Shown: positions 1-8,427 of the stretch, in pieces
How positions within the stretch are numbered: the stretch's first letter is position 1
Layout: the number at the start of each line of letters is the position of its first letter
Assembly: GCA_043753995.1 (NCBI GenBank)
Contig: JAYUVP010000061.1
Span: 1-23,826, forward strand
Reading direction: 5' to 3'
DNA from: Fibrobacterota bacterium
GTDB taxonomy: Bacteria; Fibrobacterota; Fibrobacteria; UBA11236
DNA: 23,826 nt
Program-made: the position numbers and the translations under genes
Notes under the pieces: model-generated
The model's input: the letters and a program-made list of their open reading frames with translations, nothing else
Database searches by the model: none
What the model was told of the DNA's origin: nothing

Positions 1-93
1 TTGGATGGTTTATTAAAATAATGGAATAAAGGCGACTCTTCCGATTTCGGCCCTGGGGATATTGTTTCCAGCACCGATAGACGAAGGAGTCCC

Positions 94-2142
94 ATGCTGG
101 GATGCAGATTTTCCGTGACCGCCGCCACCGCATGCATGGCGCTATTGGCCGTGCCATCGATGGGACAGGACATTCCTATGCCCGGCCCGGGCATCCCCAA
201 GGTGCGCTTCTCCAAAGATTCACTTTTCAAATTCTTCGGAACTCCGAAACTCGGTATTCCCGCCGGGCGCGCCATGGCTGCGGCCACCCATATGTTGAAT
301 GGTTATGTCGTGGTGCCCTTTGGCGAGGATGGCGAACTGGGTCGAGGTGGCTGGTATTTCTTCGATGCCGGCAAACTGCCCAAGTCCATGCCCGTGGTAC
401 GCATCCTTTACTCCACCAAATCCTTGCGTGAGCAGAATGTGATTTGCTTCCGCAAAGATCTCGACGGGAAAATCTATGCGGCCATCATGGGCCTCGACGG
501 CATCCAAATCCTCGATTGGACGGATGCCCCGCGCACTAGCAAGGAATTGACCTATCTCAAGCTCCCGGGCGAATTGTCGACCGACTATGACGGGCCCTGG
601 TGGATAAGCTGGCAGGGGCGTTATATGTATGCCGGCGGTGTGAGTGCTGGACTTTTCATCATTGATACCGAGAATCCTGCCCAACCTGTTATTGTCAAAA
701 CCGTGCCCAACCGAGATCTCGGAAATTTCCGCGCCTCATCCTGCATTGCCGTCGGCAATCGGCTTTATCTCGGCGAACAAGATATAGGCATGGGGCAATC
801 AACCCTGGACATTGGCGATCCCGTGAATCCGAAACTGCTCGCATACAACAAGGACAACCTGTCCATGATGTATTCCCAAGTGGTGAATGGCAATCTGCTC
901 TTGGTGGCTGGACGCAGCCAGGCCTTCAAGGTTTATGACATCTCCACGGACTCGAAAATCACCTTGCTAGGCCGTATCCCTGAAGCGACCGGCATGTCCT
1001 ATGTGCATTTCCAGGATGGCATAGTGCATGCGGGTAGCAATGGTCATGCGGTGAATGCGAATAATCAGGGCGGCGAGGGCTATTGGAAAATCGATATTCG
1101 CGACCCTAAGAATCCTAAGGTGATCAAGCATATCGACAGCCATGGGGATGCGGGCGGCTATTCCCTTTTGGCCAACCAGAATTACCATCTGGACTGGAAT
1201 GTCCCAGCAGGCAATTTCATCTTCACGACCGACGACATGAAGTTTGGATCAGGCGTATTCGCCCATACCGAAGAGCCCGATACTCTTCCAGGCAAAGTGA
1301 ATATGGTCAATCCCAGGCCTGGGTCCATTAACCAGCCCATCACCACGCGCATAGGCCTCACCTTCACCGATCAAATCACACCCGAATCGGTAGGCCCCAA
1401 TGCTTTGGGCGTTTATGCCAAGGGCAGCGAGACGCAATTAGAGGGGTATTACACCGTGGCGCAAGGCCTGGTGCAATTCTCACCCAAACTGCCCTTGCTC
1501 GCTAATACCACCTATCACATCGTGGTCAAGAAAGGCGGCCTTCGCGACTATGCCGGTAATGCCATCGACACGGCGTATGAATCCGTTTTTTCCACCGGAG
1601 CCACCGTCGCTTCCTATACCTCCCTCGCCGCAGGATCGATCACGGCTGCGGCTTCGGATGCAATTACCGCGAACCCGGCGAGCCGCGCCGCAGATGGGGA
1701 CTTGTCCACTTTCTGGCGGACCACCGGCACCGCAAAGCCTCTGCCTCAAGACCTGACCCTCTCCTTAGACCAAGCCTATTCTCTAGGCCGCATTACCTAT
1801 TACCCGCCGCAGAACGAATCCTTGGATGGAACCATCACTCGCTGGGAATTGTGGTTAAGCCCGGACGGGACAAACTTCACAAAACAAGATGGCGGGGATT
1901 GGACGGAGGATGCCAATCCCAAGACGGTCGTATTGCAGTCGGTGACGGCCAAGGCCATTCGCCTGCGGGCTCTCGCTGGACGCGGGGGATATGCCGCTGC
2001 AGCTGAGATTCGTGTCGAACGGTTTCAGAGCTTAACCTCGCTTGCCCCGAAGGCCGAAAAAAACCGTGCGCCTCGCTTCCCGAGTTTAAGGAAACTCTGG
2101 AATCTCCTAGGCCAGCGTTTGCCTGCGAGTTCGGCTCCTTGA
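94..2142 (+). CDS. Secreted multidomain protein: LVIVD-repeat beta-propeller, Big_5-type Ig-like domain, F5/8 type C (discoidin/CBM32-like) domain, basic C-terminal tail
   Basis: 682-aa ORF with SD AAGGAG at 84-89 and a signal peptide (..ACMALLAVPSMG). LVIVD-type repeats: GLFIIDTENPAQPVIV, TLDIGDPVNPKLL, KIDIRDPKNPKVI. Ig domain DTLPGKVNMVNP..IGLTFTD..LRDYAGNAI..FSTG (about 1279-1598). Discoidin motifs RAADGDLSTFW, LTLSLDQAYSLGRITY, AAAEIRV. Tail ends KLWNLLGQRL. Confidence 0.85.
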   Translation: MLGCRFSVTAATACMALLAVPSMGQDIPMPGPGIPKVRFSKDSLFKFFGTPKLGIPAGRAMAAATHMLNGYVVVPFGEDGELGRGGWYFFDAGKLPKSMPVVRILYSTKSLREQNVICFRKDLDGKIYAAIMGLDGIQILDWTDAPRTSKELTYLKLPGELSTDYDGPWWISWQGRYMYAGGVSAGLFIIDTENPAQPVIVKTVPNRDLGNFRASSCIAVGNRLYLGEQDIGMGQSTLDIGDPVNPKLLAYNKDNLSMMYSQVVNGNLLLVAGRSQAFKVYDISTDSKITLLGRIPEATGMSYVHFQDGIVHAGSNGHAVNANNQGGEGYWKIDIRDPKNPKVIKHIDSHGDAGGYSLLANQNYHLDWNVPAGNFIFTTDDMKFGSGVFAHTEEPDTLPGKVNMVNPRPGSINQPITTRIGLTFTDQITPESVGPNALGVYAKGSETQLEGYYTVAQGLVQFSPKLPLLANTTYHIVVKKGGLRDYAGNAIDTAYESVFSTGATVASYTSLAAGSITAAASDAITANPASRAADGDLSTFWRTTGTAKPLPQDLTLSLDQAYSLGRITYYPPQNESLDGTITRWELWLSPDGTNFTKQDGGDWTEDANPKTVVLQSVTAKAIRLRALAGRGGYAAAAEIRVERFQSLTSLAPKAEKNRAPRFPSLRKLWNLLGQRLPASSAP

Positions 2143-4583
2143 ATCGCGTTCAAATGTGCCCACCAAATCAAACAACCTTGGGCTTAGTGATACGCATTTC
2201 CCTGATCTTCCTGGCGCTCTTGTCAGCCGGGAGCTTCGCCGCCGGGGAATGCGAATTGACCCGGAATCCCCAACGCTCCAAGGTGGGCGATACCGTGTCT
2301 TTTTCTCTGCTTTGCCCCGCGGCTGCCGGCAAGGTAAGCTGGGATTTCGGCGACAGTGTGAAGGTCGATTCCGGAGGAATCACCGCGCGCCACGTCTATA
2401 CTCGCGCCGGGCACTTTTTGGCCGTAGCTTCACCCACAGGCTTCGAAGAAATCGTCACCTCCCCGCATACAGCCTTTATTCCGCCCACTACGCAAAAGCC
2501 CACCCATGCCGCGTCTATCGTCTATCATGCGGGGCAAAAGCGAGTCTATGTGGTGAACCCCGATCACAATACGGTGTCGGCTCTGGATGCGAAAGCCCTG
2601 ACCAAGATTTGGGAAAAGCCAGTGGGCATAGGACCCAGAAGCTTGGCCTTGGATACATCGGGCCAACTCTGGGTCGTTTGTGAAGACGCAGCTGCGCTGA
2701 GTGTGCTCGACAGCGAGGACGGACATTCCCTAGCGACTGTCCAAATGCCACCCGCTTCGCGTCCCTTTGGAATTGCCTTCCTCCCCGGCACAGCGCGGGC
2801 CCTGGTGACACTTGCGGGTACGGGGCGTTTGATGGAAATAGAGGCAGAATCGCGTCGTATCGTGGATAGTCTTGATCTCGGTTTCCGTGCCCGCGCCTTG
2901 GGCATTACCGGCGATGGCCGCATCTTCGCGGGTCGCTTCCTATCCCCGATAGACAAGGGGGAAGTTGTCGAAGTCTCTCATTCCCCTTTGAAGAAAAAGG
3001 CGGTGATTTCCCTGGCCATGGATCCGGGGCCGGACACCGAGGCCGGTTCCCGCGGTGTACCCAATGCCCTAAACGATATCGCCTTCACTCCCGATGGCCG
3101 CTATGCCTGGATTGCCTCAAAGAAGGACAATGTGGTGGGCGGCCGTTTCCGCGACGGCAAGGACATCACCTTCGAGACCTCGGTACGTACCATCACTTCT
3201 CAGATTGATCTCGCGAGTAGCCGCGAAATGCTGGAGCGTCGCAAGGACTACAACAATCAAAGTATGTCCATGGCCTTGACCTTTAGCCGGGAAGGCGACT
3301 ATGCCTTTGTCGCGCAGGCAACCTCCAATAATGTGGCCGTGGTCGATGCCTGGAGCGGCGCGGACATCATCACTTTGGAGCCCGCGGGGCCCGAGGCCGA
3401 TCGCGCGCCCGAGGGCTTAGTCCTGGACGAAAAGGACAGTTTGCTTTTTGTCCGAAATTTCCTCTCGCGAGAGGTGGCGGTCTGGGACGTGAGCGCCGTC
3501 GGCGTCGACAATGCGCGGGTGCGCAAGGTGGCTTCCATCGCCACGACGGCTATCGAGGCTTTGGCGCCTGAGGTGCTGCAGGGCAAGCGCGTCTTTTACA
3601 ATGCGTCCGACGTGCGCATGTCCTTCGATCGCTATACCAGTTGTTTCGTCTGTCACATGGATGGGGGCACCGACAGCCGGGTATGGGATTTCACCCAGCG
3701 CGGCGAAGGCTTGCGCCGAACCACCAGCCTGCAAGGTCGGGCGGGGACGGGCATGGGGCCGGTGCATTGGAGCGCTAACTTCGACGAGATTCAAGACTTT
3801 GAGCATGATATGCGCGGGCCTTTCCGCGGCAAGGGATTCCTAACCGATGCTGACTTCAGCGCGGGCACCCGCAATACTTCCTTAGGCGACAAGAAGGCGG
3901 GTAAGAATGTGGATCTCGACGCCTTGGCGGCTTATGTTTCCTCTCTGGCCACGGTGAATCCCAGTCCCTACCGTAACGCGGATGGAACCCTGACCGAAGC
4001 TGGAAAAGCAGGTAAGGCGATCTTCAATCGGGACGACGTGGGTTGTGCCCGCTGCCACGTGGGTAGCCATTTCACCGATAGTAAACTTCCGCCCCTATCT
4101 GCTACCGTGACCACCGGTACCTTGCCTGCGGGCGATGTCCTTACCCCTCAAGGGTTCTTGGTTCACGATGTGGGTACCCTCAAACCTTATTCGGGCCGTC
4201 GCCTGAACGACTCCTTGATGGGCTTCGATACGCCTACCCTCAAGGGAATTTGGGAGCTCGGACCCTACCTCCATGATGGCTCGGCGGCGACCTTGATGGA
4301 TGTGATTACAGTATCAAATCCCCATGATAAACACGGAAAGACCTCGCAGTTGACGACGAAGGAGCAGGAGCAACTTATCGCCTACCTGATCCAGATCGAT
4401 GACCGCGAATCAGCGGGAGCCGCCGTGCGGCCCCGGTCAGGTGGGCGAGCCCCGGTGCGCCGGCCAAGTCGGCTGGGGGGGGCGCCGGGGTTCCGATACA
4501 CCTTGCCGGGAGCTGAACCGGGAGGTACGGATTCGCGGGATGCACGCGGCCGCCATATCCCGGAGTCGCGATTGAATCCCTGA
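2139..4583 (+). CDS. PKD domain + YVTN/YncE beta-propeller + di-heme cytochrome c peroxidase (bCcP/MauG superfamily)-like secreted protein
   Basis: 814-aa ORF whose TTG overlaps the upstream TGA (in-frame ATG at 2154 is an alternative). Signal peptide ends SFA-AG. PKD motif SWDFGD..HVYTRAG. Propeller repeats RVYVVNPDHNTVSALD, VGIGPRSLAL. Two CXXCH motifs: CFVCH 3642-3656 and CARCH 4044-4058. bCcP-type motifs RRTTSLQG and FDTPTLKGIWELGPYLHDGSAATL. Confidence 0.88.
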   Translation: MNRVQMCPPNQTTLGLVIRISLIFLALLSAGSFAAGECELTRNPQRSKVGDTVSFSLLCPAAAGKVSWDFGDSVKVDSGGITARHVYTRAGHFLAVASPTGFEEIVTSPHTAFIPPTTQKPTHAASIVYHAGQKRVYVVNPDHNTVSALDAKALTKIWEKPVGIGPRSLALDTSGQLWVVCEDAAALSVLDSEDGHSLATVQMPPASRPFGIAFLPGTARALVTLAGTGRLMEIEAESRRIVDSLDLGFRARALGITGDGRIFAGRFLSPIDKGEVVEVSHSPLKKKAVISLAMDPGPDTEAGSRGVPNALNDIAFTPDGRYAWIASKKDNVVGGRFRDGKDITFETSVRTITSQIDLASSREMLERRKDYNNQSMSMALTFSREGDYAFVAQATSNNVAVVDAWSGADIITLEPAGPEADRAPEGLVLDEKDSLLFVRNFLSREVAVWDVSAVGVDNARVRKVASIATTAIEALAPEVLQGKRVFYNASDVRMSFDRYTSCFVCHMDGGTDSRVWDFTQRGEGLRRTTSLQGRAGTGMGPVHWSANFDEIQDFEHDMRGPFRGKGFLTDADFSAGTRNTSLGDKKAGKNVDLDALAAYVSSLATVNPSPYRNADGTLTEAGKAGKAIFNRDDVGCARCHVGSHFTDSKLPPLSATVTTGTLPAGDVLTPQGFLVHDVGTLKPYSGRRLNDSLMGFDTPTLKGIWELGPYLHDGSAATLMDVITVSNPHDKHGKTSQLTTKEQEQLIAYLIQIDDRESAGAAVRPRSGGRAPVRRPSRLGGAPGFRYTLPGAEPGGTDSRDARGRHIPESRLNP

Positions 4584-4665
4584 GGGGGCTTTAATTGACA
4601 GTTTTCATGACAATTCGAGAAAAGGATGTTCCGACGATGTGATTAGTTAGGTTTTGTTAGCGCAC

Positions 4666-5301
4666 ATGAAAAAAAACCTACTAGTCAAAACCCTCATTTG
4701 GGTGATATGCCTTACTGCCGTTGGATTCGTTTTCCCGGCCATGGCTTTATCTCGTTCGGGAGTCAAATCCAATGGCTCATTGGATATGCAAGCGGTTCGC
4801 CAGCTCTATGGTGAAAGCGAATTCGTGAAGGCCAGGGAAATTCTCGAAGGCTATCTCAAACGTTCGCGGACTATCGCCCTGCCCGAATCGGTATTCGCCT
4901 TTAAATACCTGGGCGTCATTTACGCTGCTGATTCGAGTACTTCGGTTTTATCCGAAAGTTATTTCAACCGGGCTTTGCGGCTTGCTCCCGATTTGGAATT
5001 GGTCGATATGTTCGTCCCCGCCAAAATTCTGAATTTTTTTGAAAAGGTGAAGATGGACGTTAAGCGTCAACAGGAATACAAATCCAAATTCGATGAATTG
5101 GGCCAACCCCTGCAGACCGGTACGCCGAATCCCCAAACGGCATCCAACCCTCGGCCCGTGGCAAAGGCGAAAAAAGAATCTTCCCTTTTTTGGCCGGTAA
5201 CTCTTGGAGTTGCCGGGGTGGCCATCGGCACCGGCTTGGTTTGGGTCTACCTCGCACAGAACGCCCCGAAATCCGCTAAGAGCGATTCAGTCAGGTTTTA
5301 A
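4666..5301 (+). CDS. Exported TPR-like helical protein with a C-terminal hydrophobic helix
   Basis: ATG 4666 (MKKNLLVK) gives a better signal peptide than TTG 4654. TPR-like segment AFKYLGVIYAAD..SESYFNRALRLAP, a Pro-rich linker, then hydrophobic FWPVTLGVAGVAIGTGLVWVYL. Confidence 0.7.
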   Translation: MKKNLLVKTLIWVICLTAVGFVFPAMALSRSGVKSNGSLDMQAVRQLYGESEFVKAREILEGYLKRSRTIALPESVFAFKYLGVIYAADSSTSVLSESYFNRALRLAPDLELVDMFVPAKILNFFEKVKMDVKRQQEYKSKFDELGQPLQTGTPNPQTASNPRPVAKAKKESSLFWPVTLGVAGVAIGTGLVWVYLAQNAPKSAKSDSVRF

Positions 5302-5302
5302 T

Positions 5303-8260
5303 ATGAGATTCAAAATTTTCCTATCCCTCGCGTGTCGCTCACTTCTGATTGGCGGCGTAATATTTTTTTTCCTACAAGCCTGTTTGCAGGAGCAAAATCC
5401 CGATGCCGACCAAGTTCAAATCACGCTACGGGAAGAGCTTTGGCCTGAGAATGGCAAGGTTGATTCGATAAGGCTTGAATTGTGGTCGGCTAACGGTCTA
5501 GCTCGAACCAAGGTCCTTTATTCTGGAATTCCGAAGAAAAATGCTGGATCGTCCACCTTTATCGTGCCGGTAGACGGCGGCTTACCAGAGTCTTATACCT
5601 TGAAAATTTTCGGAATGAAGGGCAGTCAACTCGTTATCGCTCTTGAAACGCCCGTGGCCCAGGGCAAAGGCGGTCCCGTAGTTATCGTAGTGAACAATAT
5701 ACCCCCTGCCGATACCTTGGTGATCCCCAATCCCAATCCCAATCCCAACCCAAATCCCAATCCCAACCCAAATCCAAATCCAAATCCAGACTCTCTTCCG
5801 GTAGTAGCCAAGGACACCATTCGCTTCCTGAGTGATTCGTTATCGGTGCCACTCAGCGCCAAGAATTTCCTGCTCGAAACCAATGGCGACTCGGCCTGGT
5901 ATTCGAAAGGAGAATACCGGATCGTTGTTCAGGATACCTCTATCGTGAATCATCTGGGCAATGCCGTATTGAGTGCCAAAAAAATCGGCAAGTCAAAAAT
6001 CCTGCTGATACTAGTTAGCTCGGGTTTGGCTAAGGACTCCATTTTGATCTCGGTAGCTTCAGTCAGTGAAGTCCTCGCACCCGTGATCGCTTCTGGAACA
6101 ACGTCTTCGCCCACTTCGCTTTCCAAGCCGACCTTCAAATGGAGATCCAGCACGCCCGAAAGCTCTACTGGCATCTTTCGGCATCGGATGGATGGCGGGG
6201 CTTGGGTAACGCTCAACTCCACGGAGTTCACGGTGGCTCTTGATTTAGTAGAAGGCACGCATCTTTTCGAAGTCCAGGAACAGGGATCGAACTTGCTCTA
6301 CTCGCCTTCGGCTATTTATTCCTTACAGTTGGATAAGACGCCCCCCAAGGTGGCCATATTCAGCCCGGCTGATGGCTCGACTCTGACGCAAAAATCACCT
6401 TTCATCAAGGTGGTGTGGAGCGTGGATGGGCTCATACAAAGTCGTGACACCCTGGATACCCTGACCTTGCCGGGTAAGGCAAATTCCCTCTACCGTACGG
6501 CGACCGACCCTGCCGGAAATCGAGGCAGCATCCAAGCGATTGTGATTTGGGATACGAGTACGGCGCCCGTCAGTATCCCTTCACCGCAATTTGCGATCGA
6601 CAATCCGAAATCACCGACAGCCAATGCCAAGCCGACCATGAAATGGACTTCTGGAGCTTCGATCGACGGCACCGGCAAATTCCGTTACCGTTGGGATGGT
6701 GGGGCATGGGTGGAAATCAATGCCACCACGGTGACCCCGATGACCTCTTTGGTGGATGGTGCCCACCTTTTCGAAATTGCCGAGCAATCCAAAACCGGCC
6801 ATTGGTCCGACTCGAAATCCACCTTTCTGACCGTGGATACTAAGGCACCCGTGATTGATATCGCCAAGCCCCTTACGAAGTCTTACACGAATGTCAAATC
6901 TGGCCAGGTGACCTTAGAATGGTCGATTGATGGCGTCAAACAGATAGGCCAAACGACAGCAAATCTAACCCTGCATAATGCTTGGAATGACATACAGCGC
7001 ACAGCCACGGATTCCGCTGGCAATAGGGGCACCGCCACGGTGCAAGTGTTTTGGGATACTCTTGCGCCGGCCGTGAAGATTTCAACTCCCGCCAACCGGT
7101 CGACGACCCGTAACCTGAGTGTTGCCGTAACCTGGACCGTAGACGGGGTTTCACGATCGGACTTGACCACCCAAACTCTGACGGCAGGGGATGGCTTGAA
7201 ATCCATTGTCCGTGTAGCCACTGATTCTGCAGGCAATACCGGCAAGGATTCGATAGCCATTTTCCTCGACCAAACCAAACCCGCGAACCCGTCCTTTCAA
7301 CCCGTGCCCGCAAGGTATTCTCAAAGCGGAAGGCCGATCTGGTCCTGGTCCAGCTTAGGGGATCCCAATAATCAATTCGTCTTCGAGTTGAATTCAAATG
7401 ACTTTTCCACGGGTGCGACTTACTCGAAAGTCACGAGTTTTCAACCGACAACGGCACTACCAGAAGGCTCGCATACCCTTTACTTGGCTCAGGAAGATGC
7501 CGTTGGCAACCGCTCGGATATCGTTAGTGCCGCTATCTTCATTGATCTGAACGCTCCGCAATTCACCCTAACCGGCGCTAACCCACGCACCTTGGCCTCG
7601 GCTTCTTTCACCCTGGACGGGACAGTTCAAGATCCTGGCGGATCGGGCATCGATTCGGTGGTCATCAGTGGGGCGGCAACGGGGAATGGCTTTGCCACGG
7701 TGACGGCCCAGAATAATTGGAGCAAAACCGGCCTGACCGTCAATAGTGGTACCACGTCTTTAACCTTGGTGGCCTATGACAAATCAGGACGAAAAACCAC
7801 CATCACCCTGCCTGTCACCTATACTCCACCCGTGATGTATACCCAAACTTGGAAAATGACGGATGCGGCCATGTATCACCAGGATGGGGCCGCCGTAGGA
7901 GACATTTGGGTTACGAGTGGAGCCATTGCATTTAATCACCACATGACTTACGGGCCTTTTGTGCTTTTACCAAAAAACACGAATTACAGGGTCGATTTCC
8001 AGCTTGCCATTGTGGGTACTGGGGTGGACACCACCCAAGTTGCCCGGATCGACGTGATGAGCGCTTCGTTACCCTCCGAAATTATTATCGAGCGAAATTT
8101 GACTTTCTCGAATTTCAGCGGCCAAGACACCTTTCAGACTTTTAGCCTGAACTTCAGCGTCGGTAACGCGGACTTGGACGGTATACAATTCCGGGTCCGC
8201 TTCCGATACGCGAGTGGGACAGTTAAAGAAGGTTCCACAACCGTCACCCAGGTTCCTTAA
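5303..8260 (+). CDS. Large surface lipoprotein with a (Pro-Asn)10 linker, tandem bacterial Ig-like domains and a C-terminal beta-sandwich (possible glycan-binding) domain
   Basis: The ORF track starts at 5204, but ATG 5303 (1 nt after the upstream TAA) gives a lipoprotein signal MRFKIF..FFFLQAC (985 aa). Repeated motifs DKTPPKV/DTKAPVI/DTLAPAV, WSVDG/WSIDG/WTVDG, ATD(P/S)AGN(R/T)G and DGGAWV. C-terminal HMTYGPFVLLP..YRVDFQL..FQTFSLNF. Confidence 0.85.
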   Translation: MRFKIFLSLACRSLLIGGVIFFFLQACLQEQNPDADQVQITLREELWPENGKVDSIRLELWSANGLARTKVLYSGIPKKNAGSSTFIVPVDGGLPESYTLKIFGMKGSQLVIALETPVAQGKGGPVVIVVNNIPPADTLVIPNPNPNPNPNPNPNPNPNPNPDSLPVVAKDTIRFLSDSLSVPLSAKNFLLETNGDSAWYSKGEYRIVVQDTSIVNHLGNAVLSAKKIGKSKILLILVSSGLAKDSILISVASVSEVLAPVIASGTTSSPTSLSKPTFKWRSSTPESSTGIFRHRMDGGAWVTLNSTEFTVALDLVEGTHLFEVQEQGSNLLYSPSAIYSLQLDKTPPKVAIFSPADGSTLTQKSPFIKVVWSVDGLIQSRDTLDTLTLPGKANSLYRTATDPAGNRGSIQAIVIWDTSTAPVSIPSPQFAIDNPKSPTANAKPTMKWTSGASIDGTGKFRYRWDGGAWVEINATTVTPMTSLVDGAHLFEIAEQSKTGHWSDSKSTFLTVDTKAPVIDIAKPLTKSYTNVKSGQVTLEWSIDGVKQIGQTTANLTLHNAWNDIQRTATDSAGNRGTATVQVFWDTLAPAVKISTPANRSTTRNLSVAVTWTVDGVSRSDLTTQTLTAGDGLKSIVRVATDSAGNTGKDSIAIFLDQTKPANPSFQPVPARYSQSGRPIWSWSSLGDPNNQFVFELNSNDFSTGATYSKVTSFQPTTALPEGSHTLYLAQEDAVGNRSDIVSAAIFIDLNAPQFTLTGANPRTLASASFTLDGTVQDPGGSGIDSVVISGAATGNGFATVTAQNNWSKTGLTVNSGTTSLTLVAYDKSGRKTTITLPVTYTPPVMYTQTWKMTDAAMYHQDGAAVGDIWVTSGAIAFNHHMTYGPFVLLPKNTNYRVDFQLAIVGTGVDTTQVARIDVMSASLPSEIIIERNLTFSNFSGQDTFQTFSLNFSVGNADLDGIQFRVRFRYASGTVKEGSTTVTQVP
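5726..5788 (+). repeat. Hexanucleotide tandem repeat CC(C/A)AA(T/C) x10 encoding (PN)10-P
   Basis: Read directly: cccaat x3, cccaac, ccaaat, cccaat, cccaac, ccaaat x3, then cca. Confidence 0.97.
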
Positions 8261-8274
8261 CGGAATCGGGCCGA

Positions 8275-8306
8275 TCCTGAGGGCGCCTTCATGGCCCCCC
8301 TCAGGA
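8275..8306 (+). terminator. GC-rich hairpin downstream of the Ig lipoprotein gene; possible terminator or stability stem
   Basis: TCCTGAGGG (8275-8283) pairs perfectly with CCCTCAGGA (8298-8306), with an inner GCC/GGC pair. There is no U-tract. Confidence 0.4.
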
Positions 8307-8329
8307 ATATCCCCTAGTTCACCACAATG

Positions 8330-8345
8330 CGTGATCTTCATCACC
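8330..8345 (+). promoter_or_regulatory. CRP/FNR-family-like binding site upstream of the PA14 lipoprotein gene
   Basis: CGTGA-TCTTCA-TCACC matches TGTGA-N6-TCACA at 8/10 positions. Candidate -10 TAATAT at 8388-8393 and SD GGAG at 8417-8420. Confidence 0.45.
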
Positions 8346-8427
8346 CCTTGTGATGCTTTGACTATCTTTACGTTTAACGCGCCTCTGTAATATTGTTTTT
8401 CATATTTCCGTCCAATGGAGCAAAAGC

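Noticed and set aside
4595..4623. Perfect TTGACA after the cytochrome gene
   Set aside because: No acceptable -10 hexamer at 16-18 bp spacing.
5204..5302. N-terminal extension of the 1018-aa ORF
   Set aside because: It overlaps the upstream gene by about 100 nt and buries the lipoprotein signal; ATG 5303 fits better.
5726..5788. PN repeat as a phase-variation switch or CRISPR-like array
   Set aside because: The unit length is a multiple of three, there are no spacers and there are no cas genes.
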